64,000 nucleotides of DNA. Origin: Octopus vulgaris. Lineage: Eukaryota. Positions within the stretch are counted from its first letter, which is position 1. Each line of letters opens with the position of its first letter. Below are positions 13,001 through 26,720 of this stretch, one piece after another. Under the pieces are notes generated by a model. That model was given only the letters and a program-made list of their open reading frames with translations, made no database searches and had not been told where the DNA came from. The stretch is from the NCBI GenBank assembly GCA_951406725.2, contig OX597827.1, positions 5,828,001 to 5,892,000 of the forward strand, in the 5' to 3' direction. The position numbers and the translations under genes were made by a program.

Positions 13001-13418
13001 GGCACAGGAGTGGCTGTGTGGTAAGTAGCTTGCTAACCAACCACATGGTTCCGGGTTCAGTTCCACTGTGTGGCATCTTGGGCAAGTGTCTTCTGCTATA
13101 GCCTCGGGCCGACCAAAGCCTTGTGAGTGGATTTGGTAGACGGAAACTGAAAGAAGCCTGTTGGATATATGTATATATATATATATATATGTATGCATGT
13201 GTGTGTTTGTGTGTCTGTGTTTGTCCCCCTAGCATTGCTTGACAACCGATGCTGGTGTGTTTACGTCCCCGTCACTTAGCGGTTTGGAAAAAGAGACCGA
13301 TAGAATAAGTACTGGGCTTACAAAAGAATAAGTCCCGGGGCTGATTTGCTCGACTAAAGGCGGTGCTCCAGCATGGCCGCGGTCAAATGACTGAAACAAG
13401 TAAAAGAGTTAAAAAGAG
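13001..13418 (+). mobile_element. Full-length tRNA-derived SINE family A with internal (TA)n(TG)n microsatellite
   Basis: Head ggcacaggagtggctgtgtggtaag...gggttcagttccac, CORE-like cttgggcaagtg, tail gactgaaacaagtaaaagag; many near-identical copies in the window. Confidence 0.92.
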
Positions 13419-13925
13419 ATATATATAGCTATCCATATATATAAATATATATATACACGTGTTGTACCCAATAAAGTCTATTACATAGTCCATCTCCTAT
13501 TTTATTAATACTGTTACCCCAACCACAACTATGAAGTTCCTGAAGTAAATCTACGGATAACAAGAAACAATCAAAACTGTGCCAGTTCTTTACTCATCAT
13601 CCATTTTCATATTTTGTACAATTTCTCTATTATATATATATATGTTTTTTTTATGCACCCTTTTCAAGCCTAGCCAGGTTCATGGGAATGGTTTCCCAGT
13701 TTCTATGGCACGTGTTCCTCACAGCGTTACTCAAGAAACAGGAAGAAAGAGTGAGAGAAAGTCGGAGCGAAAGAGTACAACAGGGGTCACCACTACGCCC
13801 TGCTAGAGCCTCGTGGAGCTTTAGGTGTTTTCTCTCAATAAACACACACAACGCCCAGTCTGGGAATTGAAACCACGATCCTCTGACCATGAGTCTGCTG
13901 CCCTAACCACTGGGCCATTGCGCCT

Positions 13926-13963
<38 letters not shown>

Positions 13964-15289
13964 TTGCTGTAGATTATCAAAGGAAGGATGCTCTTTCTGT
14001 CACCAACCTTTATCTGTTTCCAAGCAAGGTAATATTTTTCTAGAGCCAGACATGTTATCACAGAATATTGGAAATGACTGACACTGCTTGTATGATGGTG
14101 GGACTTGTTTACAATGATCATTTAATTTCAAGATGAGACACAAACACATAAACAAATAAACATACACTCACGCATACACATGCTTATATATGTGTGTATG
14201 TGCACGTGTGTGTATTTATATCTCCTTATCTTGATTCCCTCTATTCTGTGATATGTCAGAACGTGGAGAAATATTACCTTGCTTGGCAATAGCTGAAGGT
14301 TGGTGATTAGAAGGGCATTCTTCCCTCAATAATCTATCACAAATAAACTCCATCTGATCCATGCAAGAATGGAAAAAATCAACTTCAAATGATGATGGAT
14401 GATGATAATACATTTAAATATCTGCCCATTTATTTAAATACAGAGCATCTCTGGGGATTGTACAGGTGCTGTAGATTTGAAACCAATAGATCAAGCCCTA
14501 TTGGGATTTGAAACTAGTGAACAATCATCAGATGCCAATTATTCAAATAAATGTTTTGATCTATTTCCAAATGTATTACAGATCTTTGTTAAGTGAATGG
14601 CTGCCTAGATTCCCTGATTAAGGCAGCACCACTATATATGAGTATATATATACATATATGAATGAAAAATAGAAGTTGAAAATGCACTGAGTATAGTTAA
14701 AATATTTAAGACCAGTCATGTGACTATCCTCTACCAATCAAATCCTATTCAAAATATATGCTAATTTGAACCATGAATTCCCAATAAAAATAGGGCAAGT
14801 TTCAAACACTAGTCAAAAGCAAGACAGCTGCGACATAAGCCACATCTTTCTATTTGAACTTTTTGAAAATCAGTGTAAACTGTGAAACCAGTGAAAGCTT
14901 TAAATATATTCATAAAAAATATTCTAATTATTCTCAGTGAATTTTCAACTTCTATTTTTCCTATATTTCTGTGTGGAATAAAATACACACACACACCACA
15001 CATACACACGTGCATACACACACACACATATACACACATCCCTGGGGTATATTCACAAGTGATGGGAAGAATGAGGCTGAATTAAATGCTAGAATCACAG
15101 GTGCTGACTTAGTGATATGTCAGCTCCAGCATTCAGTTCTCAAAAGAGGAGGGGCTGGTGAAAAATCCAAACTCACTAACGTGAATTTTGTTTCTTTTTT
15201 TGCCCTCATCTACATCTACAGTCATGAATAATGAGTAATGATTGAAAGAGTACAATCGCCTATAAACCAAAATGAAGTTCCTTTGAAGG

Positions 15290-15710
15290 AGATCTGAAGC
15301 AATGTTAGTAACCAGATTGCATAGCTTGGTGATCAGGGAGTCTCTCCAGGTCAAGCGACTACTTCTCTGTATTGACAGGTCACAGCTTCGGTACTGTGTA
15401 CATGTGATGCGACTGTCACAAGAAAGAATCTTGAGATGTATTCTTTGGGCCGAGCCTACGGGTAGGAGATCTAAGAGTAGACCAAAAAGGAGATTGTTGG
15501 ATGACATCCACAGTCTCAGCTGGTCACTTGTGAGAATCCAACTGGAAAATCTAATGACTGTTGCTTCCAAAATTAGACTCTATGGAGAATGTATGTGAGG
15601 ACTCTTAACCCAATAACCACCCCAGGAATTGTAGGCAGAGAAGATGGGTAGATGGATACAACCCCGCCCCCTCTGCACAGAGAAAACATTAAAACGATGA
15701 TGTTGATGAT
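15290..15710 (+). mobile_element. RTE-clade LINE 3' end
   Basis: ORF 15302-15598: IRESLQV...RSQLRYCVHVMRLSQERILRCILWAEPTGRRSKSRPKRRLLDDI; GAT-type tail. Confidence 0.8.
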
Positions 15711-15736
15711 GTTAAAGATCTATCTATCTATTTTTC

Positions 15737-15791
<55 letters not shown>

Positions 15792-15887
15792 TGAGAAATC
15801 CACAGTTAATCTATTCAGATTACAAGTTCAGGTTCATACCTGTAATTATTGGGGCCCTGGGATATGTAACACACTGCCTAAACACCA

Positions 15888-17466
15888 ATCTTGAGAAATT
15901 AGTCTTCTCAAAATCAGAAAGGAGAAAGCTAATCTGAAGACTACAGATCCAATCTATCATTGGAACTGTAAAAATCTGTAAAACTTTCCAGAAGTCTATC
16001 ATTTGAATATATATGAAGATGTCTAGATATGCAACTATATGCAGGTGAATATATACATAAAATAAAACATACAAATCTGCACATGCATGCATACATACAA
16101 ACAAAAAAACCTTGTTGTTGTTGTTGAAATTCCAATGAAAGGAGCTTGGATATAGGTTAGAAACCGGTTCTTTCTCTATTGGCAAGAAATCTTGAAATAA
16201 ACTGACTAATGACATACATGCGTACATAAATATGTATATATGTCTCTATCAAGTGTTAAAGTCATATGTAAGAGCACTGCTAACACAGTAGTACACAGTA
16301 TTGACTTATAAAAATGTTTAATATACTTTATAGTATATTATGGTTGCATAACGAGATACCATGTCCCTACAAGTGATTAATATGCCTTTATATATATGTT
16401 TTGTGTGTGTGTGTGTGTGTATATATATATGCTAAGTGACGGGGATATAAACACACCAGCATTGGTTGTCAAGCAATGCTGGTGCATTTACATCCCTGTA
16501 ACTTAGCGGTTCAGCAAAAATAATTGATAAAATAAGTACTAGGCTTACAAAGAATAAGTCCTGCAATCGATTTGCTCAACTAAAGGCGCTGCTCCAGCAT
16601 GGCCACAAACAAATGACTGAAACCAGTAAAAGAATAAAGGAATAAAATTAAAATATACACAGTAATATCTCACTTTTCAAGGGCCCGCTTTACGAGACTC
16701 CAGATTTACGAGTTTTATTTTATAATAAACTAGCAGTATCGCCCGGCGTTGCTCGGGTTTGTAAGGGAAATAACTATATAAGCATTTTTAGAGAGTTATA
16801 GCCAAAAAATAGCAAAAAATTGCATTAAAATGGAAAAAAATTATGGAAATTTTTTTAAAAATCGTTGACTCATCGTAGACATTTTAGAGAGTTACTTCCC
16901 TTATATAATAGCGAAAAAAATGCATTAAAATGGAAAAAAATGATGGTAAATTTTTTTTTAAATCGTAGACTCATCGTAGACGCATATTAATCACTTGTAG
17001 GGACATGGTATCTCGTTATGCAGCCATAATATACTATAAAGTATATTAAACATTTTTATAAGTCAATACTGTGTACTACTGTGTTAGCAGTGCTCTTACA
17101 TATGACTTTAACACTTGATAGAGACATATATACATATTTATGTACGCATGTATGATCATTAGTCAGTTTATTTCAAGATTTCTTGCCAATAGAGAAAAGA
17201 ACAGTTTCTAACCCTATATGCAAGCTCCTTTCATTGGAATTTCAACAACAACAACAAGGTTTTTTGTTTGTATGTATGCATGCATGTGCAGATTTGTATG
17301 TTTTATTTTATGTATATATTCACCTGCATATAGTTGCATATCTAGACATCTTCATATATATTCAAATGATAGACTTCTGGAAAGTTTTACAGATTTTTAC
17401 AGTTCCAATGATAGATTGGATCTGTAGTCTTCAGATACTGATTTTGAGAAGATAATTTCTCAAGAT
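15888..17466. repeat. Large inverted duplication: arms 15888-16385 and 16982-17466
   Basis: Arms are reverse complements with a few substitutions and one ~15-bp indel; the ORF track shows mirrored identical peptides (ACADLYVLFYVYIHLH...). Confidence 0.95.
16730..16984 (-). mobile_element. Non-autonomous Helitron 3' part
   Basis: Minus strand ends in hairpin cccgagcaacgccggg + CTAG followed by T; same family as 47796-48706. Confidence 0.85.
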
Positions 17467-17653
17467 ATATATATATATATATATATATGACAGGCTTTCT
17501 TCAGTTTCCGTCTACCAAACCACTCACAAGGCTTTGGTCAGCCTAAGGCTATAGTAGAAGACACTTGCCCAAGGTACCATGCAGTAGGACTGAACCTGGA
17601 ACCATGTGGTTGGGAAGCTAGCTTCTTACCACACAGCTATTCCTATGTGTAGC

Positions 17654-17696
<43 letters not shown>

Positions 17697-17739
17697 ACTT
17701 TTTTCACTTTTTATCTGCCAAATCTACTTCCAAGCACAG

Positions 17740-17906
17740 CACTAGAGAGGCTGGGGTATAGTGGGGTGGGGTCGGGGTCGTAGTGGCACTCTGCCCTGAG
17801 CAACACTTTTGGTTCTGCTGTAGACAATATGTGTTTTTCTCTGAGGTCCAGGCGTGGCAAATGGAAGGGGTACCCTGGGTAGCACACACTCTAGCTATGC
17901 TAGTGC
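17740..17906. mobile_element. Small GC-rich MITE-like insert in a SINE remnant
   Basis: Imperfect TIRs cactagagaggctggg / ctctagctatgctagtg. Confidence 0.4.
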
Positions 17907-18249
17907 TCACAAGTCTTTGGTTGGTCTGCAGCTAAAGTAGACGATACTTACTCAACGTACCATTACGGTAAGAACGAACCCAAAAACCATTGGTTGGGAA
18001 GCAATCTTCTTAACCACACAGCCATTCTTGCACCTGTACATATTCCCATATTATTGCCAATATCGTTATATTCGTATCCTACCTGTATGTTGGTATCCAG
18101 GTGGCTGTAAACCCATGTGGATATTTAGTAAGGAGAGAAGCATTCAATAATATTTCCACACTTTCTACTTGGATCAATATTCACCATAAAAAATGATGAG
18201 TTTATGTTTTATAGTTTTATACTAGCGTTATTGAAACATAATAGATACC

Positions 18250-18536
18250 CATATGCTAACATGGGTATGTGCACACATGTACACACATAGACATAGACAC
18301 ATATTATGTATATGCCTATGTTGGTTTGTGTATGTGTGTATCCCTGTCTTTGTCTGTCTGTCTGTCTCTCTCTCTGTCTCTCTCTCTCTACATATCTATC
18401 TATCTATATATATATATATATCTATATATCTATCTATATATATATATATGTATATATATATACACACACATAGATATGTTTGTATATATATATATATGTA
18501 TGTGTGTATATATGTATATATATATATGTGTGTGTG

Positions 18537-18624
<88 letters not shown>

Positions 18625-18736
18625 TAATGCACATAAATATGCATGATTAAACATTGATACATAATAAAGCTCATTGTAACAACATAAATGCATACTTTGA
18701 TATTCACACACACACATACACACACACACACACATA

Positions 18737-18771
<35 letters not shown>

Positions 18772-19833
18772 TGATGTGCATTTATCACACATTTATACGT
18801 GCATGCATGCATGAATATGTGTGTATGTGTGTATGTGTGGGTGTGTGTGTATATGTGTGCATGTATGTATATATGTAGAAATATACATAGATAAGCGAGT
18901 AGATAAGATGTAGATAGTGTACGTGAATGTGTTGTGTGTGTGTGTGAGTGTGTGTGTGTGTGTGTGTGCATGTGTGTGTATGTGTGTGTGTGTGTATGTG
19001 TGTGCATGTGTGTATGTGTGTGTGCATGTGTGTGTGTGTATGTGTGTGTGCATGTGTGTGTGTGTGCGTGTGCATGTGTGTGTGTGTGAGTGTGTGTGTG
19101 TGTGTCTCTCTCTACTCACATACACATATACCAATATATATATTGACAGAGCAGAGATCTTTGTTCCCGAATAATTGTACTAGCTGTTAATAAAAAGTCA
19201 GAGAAAAAGACAAAAAAAAATTAACAGAAAACACACCAAAAAAAAAAATAGCAAAAGAAAATTTTACTAAATAGGAAAAATGATGACAAAAGTAATGAAA
19301 ATAAACAAAAATAGCAAAACAAAAATAATAAAAATAATAAAAGATCATATCAAAACTGCACATGAACAAAACAAATTTCAATGAAGCCATTAGAATATAT
19401 GTTTGGTGTATTTATGCATGGATCTCTTAATATAATTAGTAATATTACAATAGTTATCTTCATAAATCAATCATCTATTATTTTAATTTCTATTGCTGTT
19501 CATCTCATGCAGACCTGATTAAGATCTCTAGAGTGATGCTCCCCCCCACCACCATCACCCTTTTCTTTTTTTTTTATAGGTTTTTGTACTTTATGGATAA
19601 TTCCTTTTAGAGATTACAGGGTTTAGCAGTGATTTCCTCCATGTATATATATATATATGTGTGTGTGAATGAGTGTATAAATATATGTATGAATATGGGC
19701 ATGAATACGTATATATGTATATGTATGTATATATCTATATATATATATATATATATATGTATATGTAGGTATATATATGTATATATATGTATATATATGT
19801 ATATATATGTATGTATATATCTATATATATATC

Positions 19834-19905
<72 letters not shown>

Positions 19906-19980
19906 TACATATACATACATATATATATATAACGATATATATATATATATATACATACATACATATATATGTATATCGAT

Positions 19981-20025
<45 letters not shown>

Positions 20026-20115
20026 ATATACATATATGTGTGTAAGTATATATCACTCTATCTATCAATTTGTCTATCTGTCTATCTCTTTCTCTCTGTG
20101 GATATATATATGCAT

Positions 20116-20166
<51 letters not shown>

Positions 20167-20844
20167 TGTGTGTGTGTGGAGAGAGAAAGAGGGAGAGAAA
20201 GAAAGGGACAGAGACGAAAATAGAGAAAGGGGGGAAAAAGGAAGGAAGGAAAATGAAAGTGTTAAAAACGAAAGTAAAGATACATAAATATATAGATTGA
20301 TTGATTAAATCGCGTTTCTGTATTGTGAATATAGTCGTTGATATCCAATTTGTGAAGCTTTACATTTACAAAGTCCTACTTATATATGTATTTGTACAGT
20401 ATTATCTCCACTTGCATGGCTACTTACTTTTAATGGTTTTTATATATAATGAGAATGCATCATTGATGTAACTGATTGTAAAGGATGTTGTTTTTACAAG
20501 TTTGCGTATGTGTGTGTATGTATATGTGTTTTTGTTTGTGTGCATATGTGCATGTGTGTGTACGTGTGTGTGTGTGTGTACGTGTGTGTGTATATGTGAA
20601 TCAATGGACAGAGACATGTTTAGATGTGCACTCACACTTAGACCTACAGTCACGTACACATAAACACACACACTCACAGGTATGTATATCTATATGTGCC
20701 TGTATATATATATATGAATATATGTGTGTGTATACATGTGTGTGTGTGTATCTATATATATCTATATATATCTATATATATATACACATACACACACATA
20801 TATGTATATGTATATTCATACATACGTATATACATATGTGCATA

Positions 20845-20880
<36 letters not shown>

Positions 20881-20950
20881 TATATATACTTACATACACA
20901 TACATACATACACATAACACATACATATACATATACATACATACACATTG
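18250..20950. repeat. Extended compound microsatellite/low-complexity field ((TA)n, (TG)n, (CATA)n)
   Basis: Seen directly. Confidence 0.9.
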
Positions 20951-21681
20951 GATAATAATTTCTCACACAGATATGATCTGAGGTCAACAGTAAAATGTAT
21001 TTGAAGCTGAGATCTTCATGCTTTTCTCTCCTGCTCAAGAGCACTGGAAGGATAACTGAAGAGAACTGGTTGTTTTATACAGGGAATAAAAGGAGGAATG
21101 TTACATTATGAGGAATCCCCTCTCTCTGATTATGGTACATTTGAAACCATGACTCATCTACTGGTTAAGCTATAATTGGATTATCCCTGTTTGGATGATT
21201 CGAGGAATAACATGAAAAATGCACAAGATAATTTAAAACTGGAGAAAGATTTTATAGAGATAGAAAATTATAGAGTTGGAATCAAAACTAGGTCACAGAT
21301 TCTTTGTTTGGCTGTTGGTTACTTATTATATTCTATGATGCTTGCCCTCACAGACACACAAATTATATTTATTTATTTAGCATTTTTCTTCAGTTCTATT
21401 CTCAGTTGTATTGTACATTATTGTGCATTAGTCCATCTTTAAAAGGTTCCAGTAGAACATCAGACATATTTCTGTGAGAAGGATTGTATGAGTATGTGCA
21501 TGTGTGTGTTGTGTGTGAGTGCATGTGTGTGTGTGCGCGCGTGTATATGTCTTTGTGTATGGGCTTTTAACTAACTGAACTCCCCTCATCAAACCCTTCT
21601 CCACCTCTGAAGAAAGGGATGCACTAAATTGTGTCTCATGATCCCATCTCTTCTCATACCAAAATACAGCTAATTAAAATC

Positions 21682-22018
<337 letters not shown>

Positions 22019-22042
22019 TATATATATATATATATACACATA

Positions 22043-22256
22043 TTGTTTCGTGCGACTCCATTTAATTGAACAATGCAAAAATTACATCAATTTAAAATGT
22101 GGAGCAATCTTCAGCTGCATAAAAATATAGAATTTAGTTCTATATAGAATAACTAAATATAGAATGACTAGATTCTATATTTTGAATCCAGCTGAAGATT
22201 GCTCCACATTTTAAATTGCTGTAATGTAAATGGAGTCACATGAAACGATCCTGGAT
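22043..22256. repeat. Inverted repeat whose arms each carry a CTGAAGA...GAAA hammerhead-like core
   Basis: aatttaaaatgtggagcaatcttcagctg / cagctgaagattgctccacattttaaatt. Plus arm: atccag-CTGAAGA...GAAA-cga-TC-ctggat (22186-22256). Confidence 0.75.
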
Positions 22257-22378
22257 ATCCTTGTTGCTTATTTTGATTATAATTACCTTATTTTAAATTA
22301 TATGGATAATACCATACTAAATTCTGATGCCTTCAACTTAAGTACCATATTCATCTGAATCTAAATTTTACTGAACTA

Positions 22379-22420
<42 letters not shown>

Positions 22421-22429
22421 TTCAGTAAA

Positions 22430-22463
<34 letters not shown>

Positions 22464-22873
22464 TGTGTGTGTGAGGTGTGGAACAAATATAGTATTATTG
22501 GACGCTCAGGAAAGAAGGGAAGAAGGAGAGTTTAACGTTTCGAGCGGAGCTCTTTGTCGGAAACATAGGAGAAGGAAAGATCGAGAGAAGGGAAGACAGA
22601 GGACATGAGGTCACATACTCATATATAATACATAAGTATATATATATATATAAATATATATATATATGTATTATATATGTATGAGTATATATATTTCATA
22701 TTTGTTTCAAGACACAAAGCATTTTATAAAAATTTGCCTTGACTCATGTCTCCAGTGCATGAAACTATTAGTAGCTCATATCTTTATACTGTGTATATTA
22801 AATAATATCATCTTCACTGGATGGAGCACTGTTTTTGTTGATCTTACCTTAAAGGAACAATAAACAATGTTTA

Positions 22874-23096
22874 CTTTATTTGTGATTTAACAAGATTATC
22901 ATTGGTTTCTTTCCAAGAGTAATTTCTCAACAATTATCAAGCCTGCCACAGAGAATGTTGGTACTCATCTCCATCTTGGATTAGAATACTCCATAATGCA
23001 GACGAGTACCAACATCCCATATGTCAGGTTTGATAATTACTGAAAAATTTCTCTCAGCATGAAACCAGTGGTAGCTTTGTTAACCCACAAATAAAG
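22874..23096. repeat. Old diverged palindrome, ~108-bp arms without indels
   Basis: ctttatttgtg...atgttggtactc / gagtaccaacat...cacaaataaag; aligned base by base. Confidence 0.85.
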
Positions 23097-24139
23097 AGTA
23101 TTTATCCATTAATGCTGTGTTGAACACTCATTCTCACTGTTTGATATTAGTGTGTATGCACATGTATAAAGATATATGTAGGTGTTTATATCTGTATGCA
23201 TGTATGTAAGCATATATGTATCTGTACAAATTTTAGTTAATTATTTTTGGATTCCTGCAGATGGTGAAACCTAAACTTTAGGCTGGTTAGCTTACACTTA
23301 AATCTAGCACTCATTAAAAGAGCGATTTACCTGATGTTATAATCAGCTGAGTTGACTAAATAGATTGATGAGAGATCTTTTATGCCAGCGCTTTACAGCT
23401 TGTCAAGATGGTGACTCAAATTTACTTTTGTTTCTCTGAAAACAAGACAAGGCAGCATTTGTTTTTAGGCATGGTTGTGTAGTTAAGAAGGTCACTTTGC
23501 ATCCACATGGTTTCAGGTTCAGTCCCACTACATGGCAGTTAGGGGAAGTGTCCTCAACTATGCCCCAGCCTAACCAATACCTTGTGAGTGAATTTGGTAG
23601 ATGGAAACAGAAGGAAAACCTGCGATATATATGTGTATGTTTGTGTTTGTTCTCACCACCATTTGACAATGGTGTTAGTTTGTTCATGTCCCCATGACTT
23701 AGTAGCTTGGCAAGAAAGATTAATAAAGTAAGTATTAGTATTGGGGTTGATTTATTTGACTAAAACGTTCAAGCTGGTACCCTAGCATGGCTGCAGTTCA
23801 ATGACAGAATCAAGTAGAAGCTAAAAGATAAAAGATATTATATAACCGTATTAAACAGAGTGTTTATAACTTTCTGTGTGAGACTAACCAGGTATGATCA
23901 ATATAGGTAATTAATATATTTCAATTTAAGCTATAGATGTAGAAATATTCTGACTTAGAATTAATTTTATCACACAGCTGAATAATTTCAAAACACACCT
24001 GTTTAGTTTTATGACATAGGTTGTAAAACTCTTCTCTGTATAATAGGTAGACCTAGAAATAAGTGGCAATTCTTCCCTCAAATCACATCCTATGCAATTA
24101 CAAATGGAATGAGACACGTTTATTGAGGAGAATTAAGAA

Positions 24140-24565
24140 ATCTTGTGTATATTATATCACCCATAATCTTGTTAACCATCTTACTAACAATAACTCTGAG
24201 CACCTTTTCAAACTCCACCTGTCTAACACCCGTGGACATATTTACAAAGTCAGAAAACAGCACAGCTCCCATGACTTTAGGAAACATTTTTTCATGCTGA
24301 GAGTTGCTGAAGCATGGAACAAACTGCCGGCATCAGTTGTTAGTTGTCGGAGCACTGCATCCTTCAAAACTTCCATGCTTCCTGAGATTCACCAACACTA
24401 CACCTGGTTTTCTCCCCTCCATACATACACAAGCATGTATCTGACTCATACACTGTTCACTTTCCAGACATTTGTACATTACTGCATATGCTTTATACGT
24501 ACTTTTGACAAGTTGTGGTGCACCTGAACACTGTATACAATAATTTCATTATATTATATTATTAT
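24140..24565 (+). mobile_element. CR1/L2-clade LINE 3' end
   Basis: SNTRGHIYKVRKQHSSHDFRKHFFMLRVAEAWNKLPASVV (TRGH...FF..RV...WN.LP motif); ATT-type tail. Confidence 0.88.
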
Positions 24566-25189
24566 CATATCTTAAAGATGAGATGATCCTTGTTTGGGGA
24601 TAACACAGAGTTCAACAACAAAAACAATAGCAACATGGCTGTGTGGTAAGAAGTTTGATTTCTGACTAAACAGTTTCTAGTTCAACCCCACTGCATGGCA
24701 CCATGGGCAAGTGCTTCCTATAATAGTCTTGGGCAGACCAAAGCCTTGTAAGTGGATTTGGCAGATGGAAACTGAAAGAGGCTTGTTATGCACCCATGCA
24801 TGTACATATATGTATAAGTGTGTGTATGCATCTGTTTGTGTTATTGCTTCCTTGCCTTGACAGTGTGATAATTGTGAGTGAGTGTCATGTTATAGAAGTA
24901 GTGTCCATTATTTTTCAATTTTTTGTGAAAATACGTGTGGCCATGGGGAAATATCATTTTACTTGGAAACAAGCAAGGACTGGCAAAAGGAAGGGCATCT
25001 AGCCATAAAAAATTCTACCTCAGCAAATTTTGTCTGTTTTATGGTCAAAATGGCCAGATCTGGTCTCTCACACCAACCCTACAATATCGTTTTAAAATCT
25101 ACCTCATCAAAATCTCAAAGCAACAAGATAATGCCAGATTAGTCCAAGGTAATGTGGATGAAAAAGCATAAATTTTGGTAGAATAATGC

Positions 25190-25500
25190 GAACACTAAAG
25201 GGTTAAGGTCTGATGAGCTAGGAGGCCATATGTCTGGGAGAACATGATCACTGAGATTGGCATGCATCCATGCTTGGATTGTTCTAGCTTTATGAGATGA
25301 TGCAGTGTCTTGTTGGAAGATGTATGGTCTTCCATTGTGCCCTCTATCTGTCCAGGACCTCATAACTTTCTGTGTAGACAAAAGCATTGACTTGGAAGTT
25401 CTGTGAAAAGAAAGCGAGGAAACATGACATCTCCCACGTTGCTGATGACTCTCAGAATCATCGCAGTTGCTGGAAACTTAGTATGCGTGACTGTTGGGAC
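25190..25500 (-). mobile_element. Tc1/mariner maT-like transposase fragment
   Basis: RPYIFQQDTASSHKARTIQAWMHANLSDHVLPDIWPPSSSDLNPL (QQD and WPPxSPDLNP motifs). Confidence 0.88.
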
Positions 25501-25539
25501 TTCATTCAAGTTTCTGCATAACCATCTGTTATTCCTTTT

Positions 25540-25815
25540 GTTTACCTTTTAGCCATGATTGAAGTTTATCTCATTGAAAGAAAAAGCAAAGCATTCCAGC
25601 CTTCTTAGAGTTTTACCTTGTTTAGCCAGCATGAGAACACCTGGTACATGTCGTATGAAATGCAGAGTGGTCAGTTTATGTCGGATGAAGGCCGGAGGGT
25701 ATATCAGCCGAAAAGTTGTGTTAACAACAAACAAGATGAGGACAAATATCCATCAGTTGTAAATAATGTAAATAATGTACTTAATTCCTCATTTCTTAAA
25801 TATAAAACTGTAAAA
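25540..25815 (+). mobile_element. Penelope-pLTR-like repeat with degenerate hammerhead core
   Basis: CGGATGA-a-ggc...gcc-GAAA at 25682-25713. Confidence 0.45.
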
Positions 25816-26287
25816 TAAGTTTGAAGAAAGGTAGAGCTCTTGAAAGAGATGTCCCAAAAATCTGACACACCCTCTATATATTTTTATCATGTAACACCTA
25901 TTCTGTTTTCCATGCTGGCATGGGTTGGATGGTTTGACAGGAAATGGGAAGGTAGAGGACTGCCAGAGGCTCTGTTGTCTGTTTTGAGTAGTTTCTACAG
26001 CTGGATGCTCTTCCTGATGCCAACAACTTTAAAGAGTGGACTGGATGTTTCTTATGAGGCACCAGCACTAGCAGAATTATCAAGTAACATGCAAGACAAA
26101 GATTCCTTGGTTTGGAGAAGGAATGGTACTGTGGGAGGTAGTTTTGTAAGATAGAGATAGGTGTCTAACTATAGAAGAGATACTTGGCTACCCCAGAAGG
26201 AAAAGAAGGAGAGATAGAGTTTGAGAGAAAAATAGAGAGAGAGAGAGAGGGTAGGCAGAAAGAGATAAACAGATGATGTTGGAGAAG

Positions 26288-26447
26288 CAGGCGTGGCTGT
26301 GTGGTATGAAGCTTGCTTCCCAACTACATAGTTCTGGGTTCCATCCCACTCAGTAGCACCTTAGGCAAGTGTCTTCTATTATAGCCTCAGGCCAACCGTA
26401 GCCTTGTAAGTGGATTTGGTAGATGGAAACTGAAAGAAGCTCATCGT

Positions 26448-26509
<62 letters not shown>

Positions 26510-26720
26510 GTATGTAGATATTTGTGTGTCTGTGTTTATCCCTCCATCATCGCTTGACAGCCGATGCTGATGTGCTTACATACTCATAACTTAGTGGCTT
26601 GTCAAAAGAGACCAATAGAATAAGTAATAGGCTTACAAAGAATAAGTCCTGGAATCAATTTGTTTGACTAAAGGCAGTGTCCAGCATGGCCGCAGTCAAA
26701 TGATTGAAACAAGTAAAAGA
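26288..26720 (+). mobile_element. SINE family A (diverged)
   Basis: Head, internal (TA)n and tail as in the 13001 copy. Confidence 0.85.

Noticed and set aside
13001-13075. tRNA genes at SINE heads
   Set aside because: A/B-box-like heads run straight into SINE bodies without a complete cloverleaf; assignment to the published octopus OK/OR1/OR2 families needs a library search
15930-16000. CTGAAGA followed by a good stem (tacag-a-tccaat/attgga-a-ctgta) as a hammerhead
   Set aside because: GAAA box reads AAAA in both inverted arms and there is no convincing helix I; at most a dead relic
19560-19640. Strong polypyrimidine tract + AG at 19579 as an exon start
   Set aside because: Stops in all three frames within about 50 nt and no good donor; a non-coding exon cannot be excluded
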